DNA of 64,000 nt from Eledone cirrhosa. Taxonomy: Eukaryota. The position numbers were made by a program, and so were the translations under genes. The notes under the pieces are model-generated. The model had not been told where the DNA came from, searched no databases, and saw only the letters and a list, made by a program, of their open reading frames with translations. Shown here piece by piece: positions 13,923-26,295 of this stretch. Location: NCBI GenBank assembly GCA_964016885.1, contig OZ024742.1:104222001-104286000 (forward strand), in the 5' to 3' direction. Position 1 is the first letter of the stretch. Each line of letters starts with the position of its first letter.

Positions 13923-14649
13923 TAAAACTTTACTTCAGTATTGAAGACACTTTTCTCTCATCCATCAACCACACACACACACACTTATGTGTGTGTGTGT
14001 GTTATAGATCAGGATTTTACCAGTTTTAAACTAGTAAGGCCATTATTCAGCAGAGTACTCAATACTTGGGATAGTAGACTGTGACAATAGTAGAGAGAGA
14101 CGGGGCCAGACTCTCTCTGGCATATGTGTGTGTGTATGTATGTGTGTATGTATATACTGTACCAATTGTGTTGTAATTTCTGTTTACCTTTTACATACAT
14201 ACATATATATATATACCACAAAACATCCAGCCCACACTGTAAAGTGATCGTATAGGTGTCACGACAAAAAGCACTCACCACACACTGTCAATGTGGTTGG
14301 CATTAGAAAGGGCACCCAGCTGTAGAAAACCAGCCCACACTGTAAAGTGGTTGTGTAAAAGGCATGGCAAAAAGCACCCAGCACACACTGTCAATGTGGT
14401 TGGCATTAGGAAGGGCATCCAGCCATAGAAAACCAGCCAGAAACACTCGTATATGAGTAAGACACAGTCACCTGACCCAACTTGCTTCTAAATAGAACAA
14501 ACCCGTCTAACCCATGCTAGCGTGGAAGATTGATGTTAATCGATGATGATGATGATGATGATGATGATGTTCATCATCATCATCAACGTTGATGATATAT
14601 ATATATATAATTTTTTTTTACATCTGCTTTCCATGCTAACATGGGTTGG

Positions 14650-14680
<31 letters not shown>

Positions 14681-15167
14681 TATTTACTGATTTGGTGAAA
14701 ATGTGAGATCTATGGAAAATTCCTGCAGTTGTGTTGTAAAATGTCAGGGGGGCAGCAATGATAAATAGCAGCAATTAAACAGTTTTACACCACTACCCAC
14801 CCCAGTTAGTGTGGGGATGGTGGCTCTCTCCTTAAAACATCAATTCCTATGTATATAGATGTATGTATGTTGAAGTGTAAAGCTCTTCTCACACTAGTAT
14901 CGCCTTTAGTAGTTAACAACAAAGGAGCTTTTCTCTTGAGAGAGAGCAGCAGCAAATGAAAAAATTGAAGGTTTAAAACTGTTTCAGTGCCAGCTTCTTT
15001 CTATAACCAGAGCAGGTTGTTTGTGTGTATATGTTAGAATGTATGAGAAGGGTAATACTATCTGTGTGTGTGTGTACCTTAAATATATTTAGTTAGTTAC
15101 ACAGAGTGGTAGATTAATAATGCTTTAGTTGAAACCACTGGCTTCAACAATATTTATATATATATAA

Positions 15168-15357
15168 ATCAGGATAGAACCAGTTTAAAACTAGTTAGAC
15201 CATTACCCAACAGAGTACTTGATACTTAGTGTAGTAGAGTATGGCTATGTTATAAAGAGTCAGGACTTAATGGCTGAGCTCTTGCTGCTTTAACAGCTAG
15301 TTCCGGACTTAGCTATTGAAACTGTAAGTGCTCAGCTGTTGGGTCCCGACTCTTTAC
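15168..15357 (-). mobile_element. Fold-back element with an imperfect hairpin (15253-15356), homologous to 14008-14120 and 44315-44435
   Basis: Shared cagagtact(c/t)(a/g)atactt.g..tagtaga segment; flanked by TA tracts. Confidence 0.6.
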
Positions 15358-16502
15358 ATATATATATATTTAATCATTTAACATCTATTTCTTCATGCTG
15401 GCATGGATATATCATCAGCATCACTTATACACATTTACAAATGGGTGAACTGGGTGTTTCTTATCGTGGCTGCAGCACTACTACCTTACAGGGTGGACTA
15501 GGTGCTTTTTATCGTGGTACCATCACTAACACTTTACAGGGTGGACTGGGTGCTTTTCATCATGGCACCAACATGGTCACTTTATATGGCATACAATTCC
15601 AGTAAACAGACACTTACACTCACAGATGATTTAATATAGACTTCCTTTTAAAAAAAACAGAAAACCTTTTAACATCAATCTTAATTAATCAGTCACAGAC
15701 TGCTGGCTTAATGGAATTAGAATACTTGTTGAATTAAAGAAAAGGCTTGAATCAACTCAAAATTCCAACCAATCTTTGAACCATTTCAAGGAGAGTAAAG
15801 AGCGACATCATTGTTATATGCAACTTAGGTGAAAAGATACAGCAATGATAATGTAGGATTAAATATTACAAACCAGTTTCTCTTCTACATTACATTCTTC
15901 TTCTTTATCTACACTCACACAGTCATCCATCCAAGCTTGATTTTGAGCATTGGTCTCTTATAAGATTCAGCTAAATATTTCTGCCATAATACCTACAACA
16001 GGCATGGCTGTACAGTCCCAGTGTAATATGGAATTGCCATTGGCATTATATCTATATATATATATATATATACATACACATACATATGTATATAGTAAGT
16101 ACAGAAACAATTAGAAACAGCAGTAGAAGTACTATAATGGCGAATTAGGCCTAATATCCTGTGAATATGAATGGTATATTTACTGCTCTACTTCACAAAT
16201 AGACCAGATTTTCAAACAATCATGACAAACATAACTATAACAAGAAATATAAAGTGGCTATATAGTTTAAATGGACTATTTGTAACAAAAACTTGGTCCA
16301 TTATGATTAAAAACTTGTGTAATAGTGGATTAAACAAGCTATTTTTAACAAAACGTTTACCCATTGTAATTGAAAAGTTGTTTATAATGACAACTGAATA
16401 ATAAAATATCTCTATGTAAATAAGAATGAAAATGCAGGTTGAAGACAGGTACAAATATATGTATATAAGCTTATATATGAAAACCTTTCAAAAATAATTT
16501 AA

Positions 16503-16725
16503 CCCTTTAGCATTTAGATTACTCTATATATACTATTGTATTTTTGTGGTAAAGGCGTTACCTCATATAATTGTCTCACATATTATCGAATATATGAGAT
16601 CTTGATATTATCTATTTTTTGAGAACAATACCTCAAAGTTGGTTTGAGGAGCCAGTTATGGCTGGTTTCAACAGAAAGAGGTGAGAGAATTCTGGCCGGA
16701 TATGGTCGGTTTGAATACTAAAGGG
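16503..16725. mobile_element. piggyBac-type MITE, family 1
   Basis: TTAA|ccctttagcatt...atactaaaggg|TTAA; other copies at 36299, 38922 and 50233. Confidence 0.85.
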
Positions 16726-16907
16726 TTAATTTAAAAATCAACTGTTCAAATGGAGACCTGCACCTCCTTTAGATATTCATCAACCATTTGAAATAGTTAT
16801 TTTCTATGCTATTAACCTTTAAATTGCCACATTTCTAATGAAATATACTGCTTATAATTTTCAGTTAATTTCTAAACTAAAAATTTGAGGGGATTAATAA
16901 TATAATT

Positions 16908-17490
16908 AGGTGGCGAATTGTCAGTCATTAGAACATCAGATAGAAGGCTTTATGGTATTTGTTCTGGCTCTCTGATCTCTGAGTTCAAATCCTGCTGAGG
17001 TCAATTTTGCCTTTCATCCTTTCAAAGTCAATAAAAAAATTATTGTCTAGTACTGGGGTCGATTCTTCTATATCTCTTTCTCATTTTTCCTCTCTCTCTC
17101 TCACCTTCTATCCTTCTCTGGAAGAAATCTGCTGTACTCAGGCCTGGAGAGGAAAGGGCTCCGCCAGGCTTAAAATGCCCAAGAAACGCTGTATGTCAAT
17201 ACAGCACCCCTACAACTCTATCAGGAGTTACGGGACCATACATACAATAATATAACTAACATCCTCATTTTTAACTTGTTTAGAACATAACTTAAGAAAG
17301 ATTTTTATTATAATTGAAGGTGGATGGCAGTATCGGTAAAATGTCAGAGAATTTGCAGCATAGAGTTACATCCCATTACGTTCTGCATTCAAATCCCACT
17401 GAGGTTAGCTTTGCTTTTCATCCTTAAGGGGTTGATAAATTAAAGTACCGGTAACGTACTGGGGTTGATTTAATCGACTTTCCTCTCCGC
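16908..17490 (+). mobile_element. SINE family A copy with an alternative long tail (16908-17250) plus a second copy (17318-17490)
   Basis: Head and core as family A; tail ggaagaaatctgctgtactcagg...caggagttacgg also seen at about 10745, 29090 (-) and 33340. Confidence 0.75.
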
Positions 17491-17809
17491 AAATATACAC
17501 ACATTTATATTGATTAGATCCCATGATAGATGTAGATCTATAGTAGAGATGCGTGTTTATATGAGCAGATATACACAGACCATATGCATACATTCTCATG
17601 TGCACATAAATATAACCGAATACATACATAAGCATGCTCATACACACATATCATCACCATCAGCATCATCATTTGATCATCAGCTTTTCAATACAGCATC
17701 AGATGGACAGGTGCAATATATGCACTCACATGATATATACACTCACATGATGTATGTATATGCATAGTTTGAGACACACATCTTAGAATTAAGCTACAAA
17801 TATACACAC

Positions 17810-18220
17810 TCACACCTCAATATTCACATACAAACACACACACATACACCTCGATATTAGCCCACATACCCACCTCAATATTAGCCCACCCACACACCTC
17901 AATATTAGCCCACACACACACCTCAATATTAGTCCACACACACCAAATATTAGCCCCCACACACCAAATATTAGCCTACACACCTCAATGTTAGCTTACA
18001 CACCTCAATATTAGCATACACACACCTCAATATTAGTCTGCACATCTCAATATTAGCCCACACACACCTCCATATTAACCTATACACACACCTCAATATT
18101 AGCCCACACACACACACCTCAATATTAACCCACACACACACCTCAATATCAACTTACACACACCTCAATATTAGCCTACACACTTCAATATCAACTTACA
18201 CACATCTCAATATTAACCAA
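17810..18220. repeat. Minisatellite, unit about 20-24 bp: cctcaatattagcc(ca)n
   Basis: About 20 imperfect tandem copies. Confidence 0.9.
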
Positions 18221-18641
18221 CATGAAAACACACACACAATAGAGCTAATGACAATCCTTACTTCCAAAATACCATCAGCATCTTGGAAGCACCACAAAAC
18301 AATACACATACATCTCACATTGCAGTCTTTCTGTCTTACTATTGCTGCCCTCCTTATATTTCACTGTATTGGTAAGATGATTAAAAAAAAAAGTTAGCTG
18401 ATTACAAGAAGCAGTAAATATTAAGCGACAGGTACAAGGACAGGTGATATAAGGTGATTAAATAAATAGATTAGCAATACCAAGCAAAACTTTGAAAGAA
18501 AATGTGCAAAAAGCTTTTGAGATATTTCATAAGGCAAGGGCTTTTTTGGAAGGAGAGAAAGCTATGGATGTAAGGCCATATCATTTTGGAAAGAAGGAGA
18601 GAGACAAAGTAGATGTCACGAAGACAACAAATGCTGTTTAC

Positions 18642-18740
18642 CTGAATGGCCACGAGATCTAAAATTGTAATTAGAATGGCCAAAAGGGGTACTTGGGTTG
18701 ACGTAAGGCGTACCAGGTGACACTGGGAAAGGAGGGGTTG
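18642..18740 (-). CDS. TNS: Tensin-like gene, 99-bp exon ATPPFPVSPGTPYVNPSTPFGHSNYNFRSRGHS (phase 1-1), absent from the ORF track
   Basis: Acceptor tatattttag|CA ACC, donor G|gtaaac; GC-richer island, open in the required phase; contains the tensin-like FPVSPxTPY motif. Confidence 0.75.
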
Positions 18741-20299
18741 CTAAAATATACGAAACAAGTGTAAAAAAAAAAAAATAACATTCATGTGACTAAACATGCT
18801 TTAACAAGAAAAGAGATAAAGAGGAAAAAATCAATCGTTAAATTAAAACAAAATCAGCTACTAATCTACAATAGAAACATTACTACATCTACACAAACAT
18901 TAAAAACAAGAAAGGAAGGTGGAATGAAAGGAAGAAGGAAATTGAATGAAATGAAGAAAAAGAGGAAAGAAAAATTAATGAAAAGAAGGATGGAAATAAA
19001 GAGAGAAAGAAAAATAGAAGGCAAGAGAAAAAGAAAGATAGAAGGAAAGTTGGGAAGAAAGAAAGAACTATTCACTGTCAATCATGAACAGCACACATAT
19101 GATGGCCCATGACAAGTGGACCAGCAAATAAACATGAGTCATGCATGAGTAGGTGAGGAAAAGTCAAGACAATAGAAGAAACAATAAAATAACAAAGAAA
19201 AACAACTGGCTGGAGTGCAGTATTGGTAAATAAAACATAACAAAACAATAACTAAAACATAACAATGGTGGACAAAGGAAAAGAATCAACAAACACACAA
19301 AAAAGAAATGAGGACAGTAAGGTGAGGGAGGTGATGGTGGATGTGTAGGGGGAGATAAGCAATACAATCACCAGGGATGTGGTTTCAAATATCATTCCAC
19401 CATGCTTGGGTTGTATCTAAATAACTAAAGTTCATTGTTGTGCAGCTGTTTCTTATAACCATACTATTGATATTGTTGTTGGTGTTATTATTACTATTGC
19501 TACCTAGAATTAATTAGTGTTTTGTTTTTTATGCCACTTATTATATCATTGTTACCTTTCATTAACACATTATCATCTCAATTTCTTCACCTGTAATGTC
19601 AAGGCCTCATCTATCATTAGCATCGTTGCTAATACTATTACTATTATTATTATTATTATTCATATTACTTAAGAATTTGATATAAAGGCAGACATCTACA
19701 ATGGGATAGACATGCAGGTTACACCTGTTTACACACTTCTATAATTGATATTACAACACTTGTAGTTGACAAGTCATCCTGCCGATCTTCACACTACACA
19801 CACTAGTTTGTGTAGTGTGTATTACATACCACACCTTCTTTTTTTTTCAACCATCAATTATTGTTTGATACTTGTAAACCCTAACAATATATATGACCTG
19901 TCCTTTTAATGTTCTATTCATCTGGCGCCCTTGTAGCAAATAATTGAATATATTTTTATAATAATCGTCAATAGGCACAAAGTCATTACGGCATCAGATA
20001 AATGATTATCAGTATTTATTCTTGCTCTTTATGTTCTGAGTTGAAATCCCGCAGGGGGTCAGCTTTGCCTTTCATCCTTCCAGCATCGATAAAATAACGT
20101 ACCAGTTAAGTATTGAGGTTGTAAATATCAGCAATGCAATCCTATTTTAAGGGTTTGGCACATTATCATTATATTTCCAATCAATTTTCTCATTTAATTC
20201 AGAATTCAATCCCTTAACACTAAGGAATATATTATCTCTCAGAAACTCAGACACAGATTTTCACTAAATTCTTAGCACACAGACAATTATTGCAAAGGT

Positions 20300-20350
<51 letters not shown>

Positions 20351-20570
20351 CACTGTAAGTTTGTTATCAGGGAAAACATGTTACCTGTGAAAGGAACAAT
20401 GAAAATACTGGGAATTTGGTCGAACAGTAAATGATGGAGAAACAGGTGATTGGTGCTATTCCATAGACATAAAGAGAAAGATGTGTGTGTGTGTGTATAA
20501 TACATATATATATATATATATCTCCAGACCCATGCTAGCGTGGAAAATGGACGTTAAACGATGATGATGA

Positions 20571-20605
<35 letters not shown>

Positions 20606-20690
20606 GAAGTTATATTTAATTTGTTGGGATACAACAAGCAAATATTTTTATAACTGATATAAAGCACTCAACAAAATTTTTGGAGTAAAA

Positions 20691-21027
20691 ATACAATATA
20701 TTAACAAATGGAAACTATATTTATAAAACCATATTTATTTCATTATACATATTTCAAGGACACCAAAGCAAATTATGGTGCGCTTTCATCAGATAAAATA
20801 TAATATAAATCAGTTTTATAAACAAATATTGACATACCCTTAAAGAATGCGACCATGTCGGTTGGAAGCTCCCGGATAGGGTATGTCAATATTTGTTTAT
20901 AAAACTGATCTATATTATATTTTATCTGATGAAAGCGCACCATAATTTGCTTTGGTGTCCTTGAAATATGTATAATGAAATAAATATGGTTTTATAAATA
21001 TAGTTTCCATTTGTTAATATATTGTAT
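20691..21027. repeat. Long inverted repeat: 150-bp arms (1 mismatch), 37-nt loop
   Basis: 20691-20840 is the reverse complement of 20878-21027. Confidence 0.95.
20918..20982 (+). ncRNA. Type I hammerhead ribozyme motif (mirror copy on the - strand at about 20736-20800)
   Basis: uauuuuau-CUGAUGA(20926-32)-aagcgcacca...uggugu c cuu-GAAA(20963-66)-uaugu-AUA-augaaaua; 8-bp stem I, 9-bp stem II with one mismatch, short self-complementary stem III. Confidence 0.65.
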
Positions 21028-21102
21028 ATATATATATATTAGGTACATTTTGAAGTTGTTTCAGGCAGCCACAAACCACTCAATGGATATCTATACATAC
21101 AC

Positions 21103-21136
<34 letters not shown>

Positions 21137-21398
21137 CTGTCTGTCTGTCTATATATGTATGTATATATATGTGTGTGTGTGTATATATATACACACACAC
21201 ATGTATACATATACATATATGCACACACACATAGATGTAAGAGAGAGTGACAGGAATATTACTGCACACTTTGACATCAGTTCAAGAATGTTTTATAAAA
21301 AACAAATAGATGAGAATGAATATGGTCAATCAACATTATTATTAATTGAAAAAAAAATCAAAAGGGTGAAACTGATGAATAAAAAAATTGAAACTGAC

Positions 21399-21558
21399 CG
21401 ACACTTGATGCTGGGCTGACAGGGAAAGCTGGTGTGGTTGGACGACCAAGCGTGGACATTGAATCTGGTTCAAGAGTTTGAACACCGGGACCAATCGGTC
21501 GTAAAGAAATGCGGTCTTCTTCTATTTCTCTAACTTCCAGGGGTTGTTCTTTTGGCAC
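21399..21558 (-). CDS. TNS: Tensin-like gene, exon VPKEQPLEV...RPTTPAFPVSPASSV (phase 0-1, 160 bp)
   Basis: Acceptor tatttttcag|GTG, donor G|gtcagt; PTTPAFPVSP resembles the tensin linker motif TPAFPVSP. Confidence 0.8.
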
Positions 21559-22657
21559 CTGAAAAATAGGAAAACCAACTCAATAAACAAGAAACTTTGC
21601 AAGTCATAATATAACAGTTTTATTAATAGATACATATAATAATAGTAATAATGTTGAAATAGATACAGGAGAAAAAAAATCAACAAAAAATATAAATATA
21701 ATGAAGGAGTAAATTTTATATATGTAAGACATATAAAGAAAAAGAAATAAGGTTAAGTGAGTGAACCATGAAATAAAATCTTGGCAAAGGGTTATTAACT
21801 GTTACTAATGAAGGATGATATGAGAAAATAAAACAACAAAGATTTCATGATGCCAGCCAAGAATGTAGAGAATACTTTTGAGATATAATGTAAATAGGTT
21901 GGTATTATGTAATTTTCAAATGAGATGTAGTATTGATAATAAAGGGAACTGAGTAGTATGAAATGGTATAGGATACCTAAATAAAATGAAGATATATGTT
22001 ACAGAATGGCAAAAATTATTCCACTAGAACATCATTGAAGCAAACGAAGTACATTGGAAAGAACTTCACAAAAATGATTTTATTTATATATAGAACAGAA
22101 ACGTGGTTGCATAATCTTTCTGAAATATTCCCTAGAAATTAATGCTAACAAAGAATATTTGAAAAGTGGAAAGGATATTGAAATAACAAAAGGTTAAATA
22201 GATCACTGTTCTACAAGAGATATTGTAGTTTATAACCACACAAATGTAGAGGATATTGATATTACTTATGTAGAGGATATGAATAGCAAATGTAGTAAAA
22301 CTAAGTGAAATATAATTAAGATTGGTTCTACTCTAATTAAATATAGATGAACACTCTGTGATTCTAAAGAGATTTAGTGGTAGATATCAGTACAGAATGT
22401 ATACTAACAAATCAACGAAAGAGCTCTACCATATTAAAATAAAGACATTAGGATAATGTACTCTTAGATACACTGAAAAAAACAAAACAAAAAAAAAACA
22501 CAAAAAAACAGGATGAGTCATGCATGGATGGAATACATTTTAACACAGTTATACATGACCTTGACTGACCAGAAGCTAAATATATTTTTGAAAGTTGCAC
22601 TGCTATACTATAAGGATCACAAACTCAGTAAATATGGAATACCATTTCAAATATAAT

Positions 22658-22835
22658 TGTTTCTACTTTAGGCACAAGGCCAGCAATTACCCAGTGCATT
22701 ACTGGTACTTTATTTTATCGACCCCGTAAAGATGAAAGGCAAAGTCAACCTCGGCGGGATTTGAACTCAGATCGTAAAGGGACGTAACTATGCTGGAAAG
22801 CATGGCGTCCGACCCTCTACCGATACTGCCAATCC
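22658..22835 (-). mobile_element. tRNA-derived SINE family A (MetaSINE-like core) with a 20-bp target-site duplication
   Basis: A box tggcagtatcgg, B box gttcaaatc, core gcctttcatc..tacggggtcgataaaataaagtaccag; TSD aataccatttcaaatataat at 22638-57 and 22836-55. Confidence 0.9.
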
Positions 22836-24059
22836 AATACCATTTCAAATATAATGATCAATAGAATTAACATTTTAATAAAGAATAAATAAAAAAAAAT
22901 GTTTACACCTTAAATTTTTCTTTTTTTAACAATATGTTATCACTGAATAATGGCTCATCAACCAATAGTGAGACAATTACCCCCACAGACGTACATATAT
23001 AAATATACAGATACTAGGATATAATAAGCTTCCAAAAGGTTTAGTTTAATGAATCAGAAAATTAGACTGTAGACCGTAACCAAGGGAGATAAATACCGGA
23101 TCAATTTGAGTTCAAATAAAATTAATGGTTATCTTCTCTTAGTATTCTGTAACGACATCAGTCAGTCCGATAAAATTACACCAATCAACATTTATTGAAT
23201 TCAGATAAAAAAAATCAATGCTAAAAAACAACAACATTTGACACTTAGTTCAAATATCTCTAATAGATATTGAAAGGGAACCAGCGATCGAAATACACAC
23301 AGACTATCCAAGTTTGCCTTCGACTGTAGGTCTGCTCTATCAAGGCTGACCAGGGGCTAAACAACAAATCTTGATCACCAAAGAAAAAAAAGTCAACAAT
23401 TTAATGGATGAGTCAGCAAAGAAAAGAGAAAAAAAAAATGATCATATATATGTAAACAAGTTAATAACTACGGCCCACTCATTCTTTTAAATATTTTTTC
23501 TTTATGGTAGATTCTATTCTTTTCAATTTAAAATCTTGTGTTAAAGAGATTGCAATATAAATTAAAGACTTAAATGACTAGTTGTATGTTTTAGGTAAAG
23601 AAAAAATGCAGTTAAAATTTGAAACTAAACAGAAAAAAAAATCATGGGAAAGACATTTCACACTGTTTTGGAAAGTGATATTTGGAAAATTAGACTGGTG
23701 ACATTCAACAAGAGAAGTAGAAAGAGAAAAGAGAGTCTCAAAACTAATACATAGGCTGACATTTGTAGAGAGTGGAGGCAGTATTGATCAAAGAGAGGCA
23801 AACACAAAAACTACAAACAATAGAAAATGGAGAAATTGAATAATTGCTTAAAGTAGTTGCTACATTTCCATGTTTCACTCACAGATTTGTCCTTTTGTTA
23901 TAACCAGACAGGATGTTGACCACAAACGCTGAAATGGTTTCAGCGAATATGATTGCACTAGAATTATACAGACATCATCCTACCAACGGCACATACTGTG
24001 CATTATACTGCACTGTCAAAAACTATTATGACATTTAATTGACAGATCTTGTCAAACTT

Positions 24060-24170
24060 AAGCAGCATAGTAGGACATTTGTATATTATTCTATGTACTA
24101 TATATGCACCTTTGATGAGTTGTAGTGCACCTGAGCACTGTACACAATAATTTCATGATTATTATTATTA
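24060..24170 (+). mobile_element. CR1-like 3' tail fragment
   Basis: Matches the tail at 40689-40790 (gcacctttgatgagttgtagtgcacctgagcactgtacacaataatttcat). Confidence 0.75.
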
Positions 24171-25199
24171 TATATGGTTTATAATATAGTGTAATAATAT
24201 TCCCACATCAGCAAATTATCTGGTGTTATTGCCATGATAAAACATACCCAATACATTGTAATGTGGTTGGTTATAGGAAGGGTATCCAGTCATAAACAAA
24301 GGGTTGGGAGGACTCTTCAGTTGTGTCAAAGACATGACAGCCTCCTTAGTGTTGGTGCCATAATGGAACATACCCAATACACCGTGGATGTGGCAACAAA
24401 ATAACATCCTGGAGGGTAGAACAATATTTGTAATGAAATGTGATAAATGGTAAAATATTGTTTCTGGTAACAGTAGAAAAGACAGTGAAGAAGCAAGGCA
24501 AGTAGAGTAATGTCCCTTGACAAAGTATACTCAACAGTAATAACTATTACAAGAAACAAATTGGCCAGCAGCAAATAAAATAAAACAAATCAAAGGATGT
24601 TTATTTACAACCAAAGTAAACCCCCCCCCCCACACACACACACTCCCATCATCATTATCAGCATTGTCAAGGGTGGTGGATTGGCACAATCATTAGAGTA
24701 TTGGACCAAATGTTTTAGAGTATTTCAGTTGTGAGTTCAAATTTCACCATCATCAACATTGTTTTAAGTCCGTTCTAGCATGGGATGAAAAGGACCGTTT
24801 TAAGGTAGCTTTTCTATGTCGTGATGTCCTTCCAAACGGCAACACATACTTTAATTTTAAGTATGGTATTTAGGATACCACAAGCTTTAAACATTGTTGA
24901 TATGAAAACATAAATCCACACACACACACACACACACACTAGAGTTCTTTAGTTTGTATCAAATTCAATCACAATGCAGTAATTGGCCTGAGGCTATAGT
25001 AGAAGACTATAGACTACCCAGGATGCCAAGCAATGGGCTGTATCCTGAAACCACGTGGATGCAAAGTGATTCTAACCATACAGCTATGCCTGTGCCTATC
25101 ATATGAGTTTTAAATTTATTTCTAAAGCCTAGATAGTTTTTCATGGTTCATAGAGTGGATTTTGAATCGGAATGTGAGAAGCCTTAAATAATTCTTTTT

Positions 25200-26100
25200 A
25201 ATATTGACACAAAGCTGACAATTTAGAAGAAGCAGAATGTCAATTTAATCAACCCCAGTAATTGACTGGTACTTTATTCTATCAACCCTGGAAGGATGAA
25301 AGGTAAAGTTGACCGTGGCTGGATTTGAACTCAGAACAAATTCATAACTAAATATGGCAAATCATTTTGTCTGATGCTCTACCAACACTGCCAATGCACA
25401 AATATTAAAGGCAATAATTTGGAGGAAGCAGAAAGTCAATTAAATTAACCCCAGTACATGACTGGTACTTTATTTTAGTGATCTCGGAAGAATGAATGTT
25501 GACCCTGGCAGAGTTTGAAATCTGAACATAGAGAGTCCAAAAAATATATTTGTTCAACATTTCAACAACTCTGACAATTCACCATCCTAAAAACAACAAT
25601 GACAATAACAACAACAACAACAATAATGGTTTCTTATATAGGCACAAGGCCAGCGATTTTGGGGGAGGGGAGAGTCGATTAAATTGACCCCAGTGCATGA
25701 CTGGTACTTTATTTTATCGACTCCATAAGGATGAAAGGCAAACCTAACCTCAGCGGGATCTGAACTCAGAACGTAAAGGGCCGTAACTATACTTCGAAGC
25801 ATGTTGTCTGACGCTCTATTGATACTGCCAACCCAAATAATGATAATAATAATAATAATAATAATAATATTAATAATAATAGTAATCAATTAATTAACAA
25901 TAAGTATTACAATTTTAGGCACAAGACCAGCAATTTCCAGTTAAATCAACTAAGTATATAGCTGGTATGGCTGGTACTTTATTTTATTTGTCCTAGAAGG
26001 ATGAAAGGCCAAGTTGACCATGGCAGAATTTGAATATGGAATATAAAGGGCTGCAATTGAATATTGCAAAATGTTGTCCGATGTTCTATTGATTCTACCA
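25200..26100 (-). mobile_element. Tandem cluster of four SINE family A copies of different ages
   Basis: ctggtactttatt recurs at about 25266, 25462, 25701 and 25972, each followed by ggatgaaagg/gaatgaatg and a B-box complement. Confidence 0.8.
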
Positions 26101-26131
26101 TCTTACCAAAGTCATATGAATGAGCATATGA

Positions 26132-26295
26132 AAAATAATAATAATAATGAAATCATTGTGTACAGTGCTCAGGTGCAAATGATGTACAAATGTCAGGAAA
26201 GTGAACAGTATGAGTCATGATATACATGTGTGCGTGTGTAAGGAGGGGGCATATCAGGTGTAGTGTTGGTGAACTTCGGGAAGCATGGAAGATTG
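26132..26295 (-). mobile_element. CR1-like 3' end fragment
   Basis: gtgtacagtgctcaggtgca...tcaggtgtagtgttgg...tcgggaagcatg matches parts of 40700-41000. Confidence 0.75.

Noticed and set aside
17810-18220. CRISPR-like array of repeated cctcaatattagcc
   Set aside because: The spacers are only short (CA)n runs, the context is eukaryotic and there are no cas genes; it is a minisatellite.
18786-19112. Lys/Arg-rich 108-aa ORF
   Set aside because: Purine-rich low-complexity intron tract with no splice or domain support.
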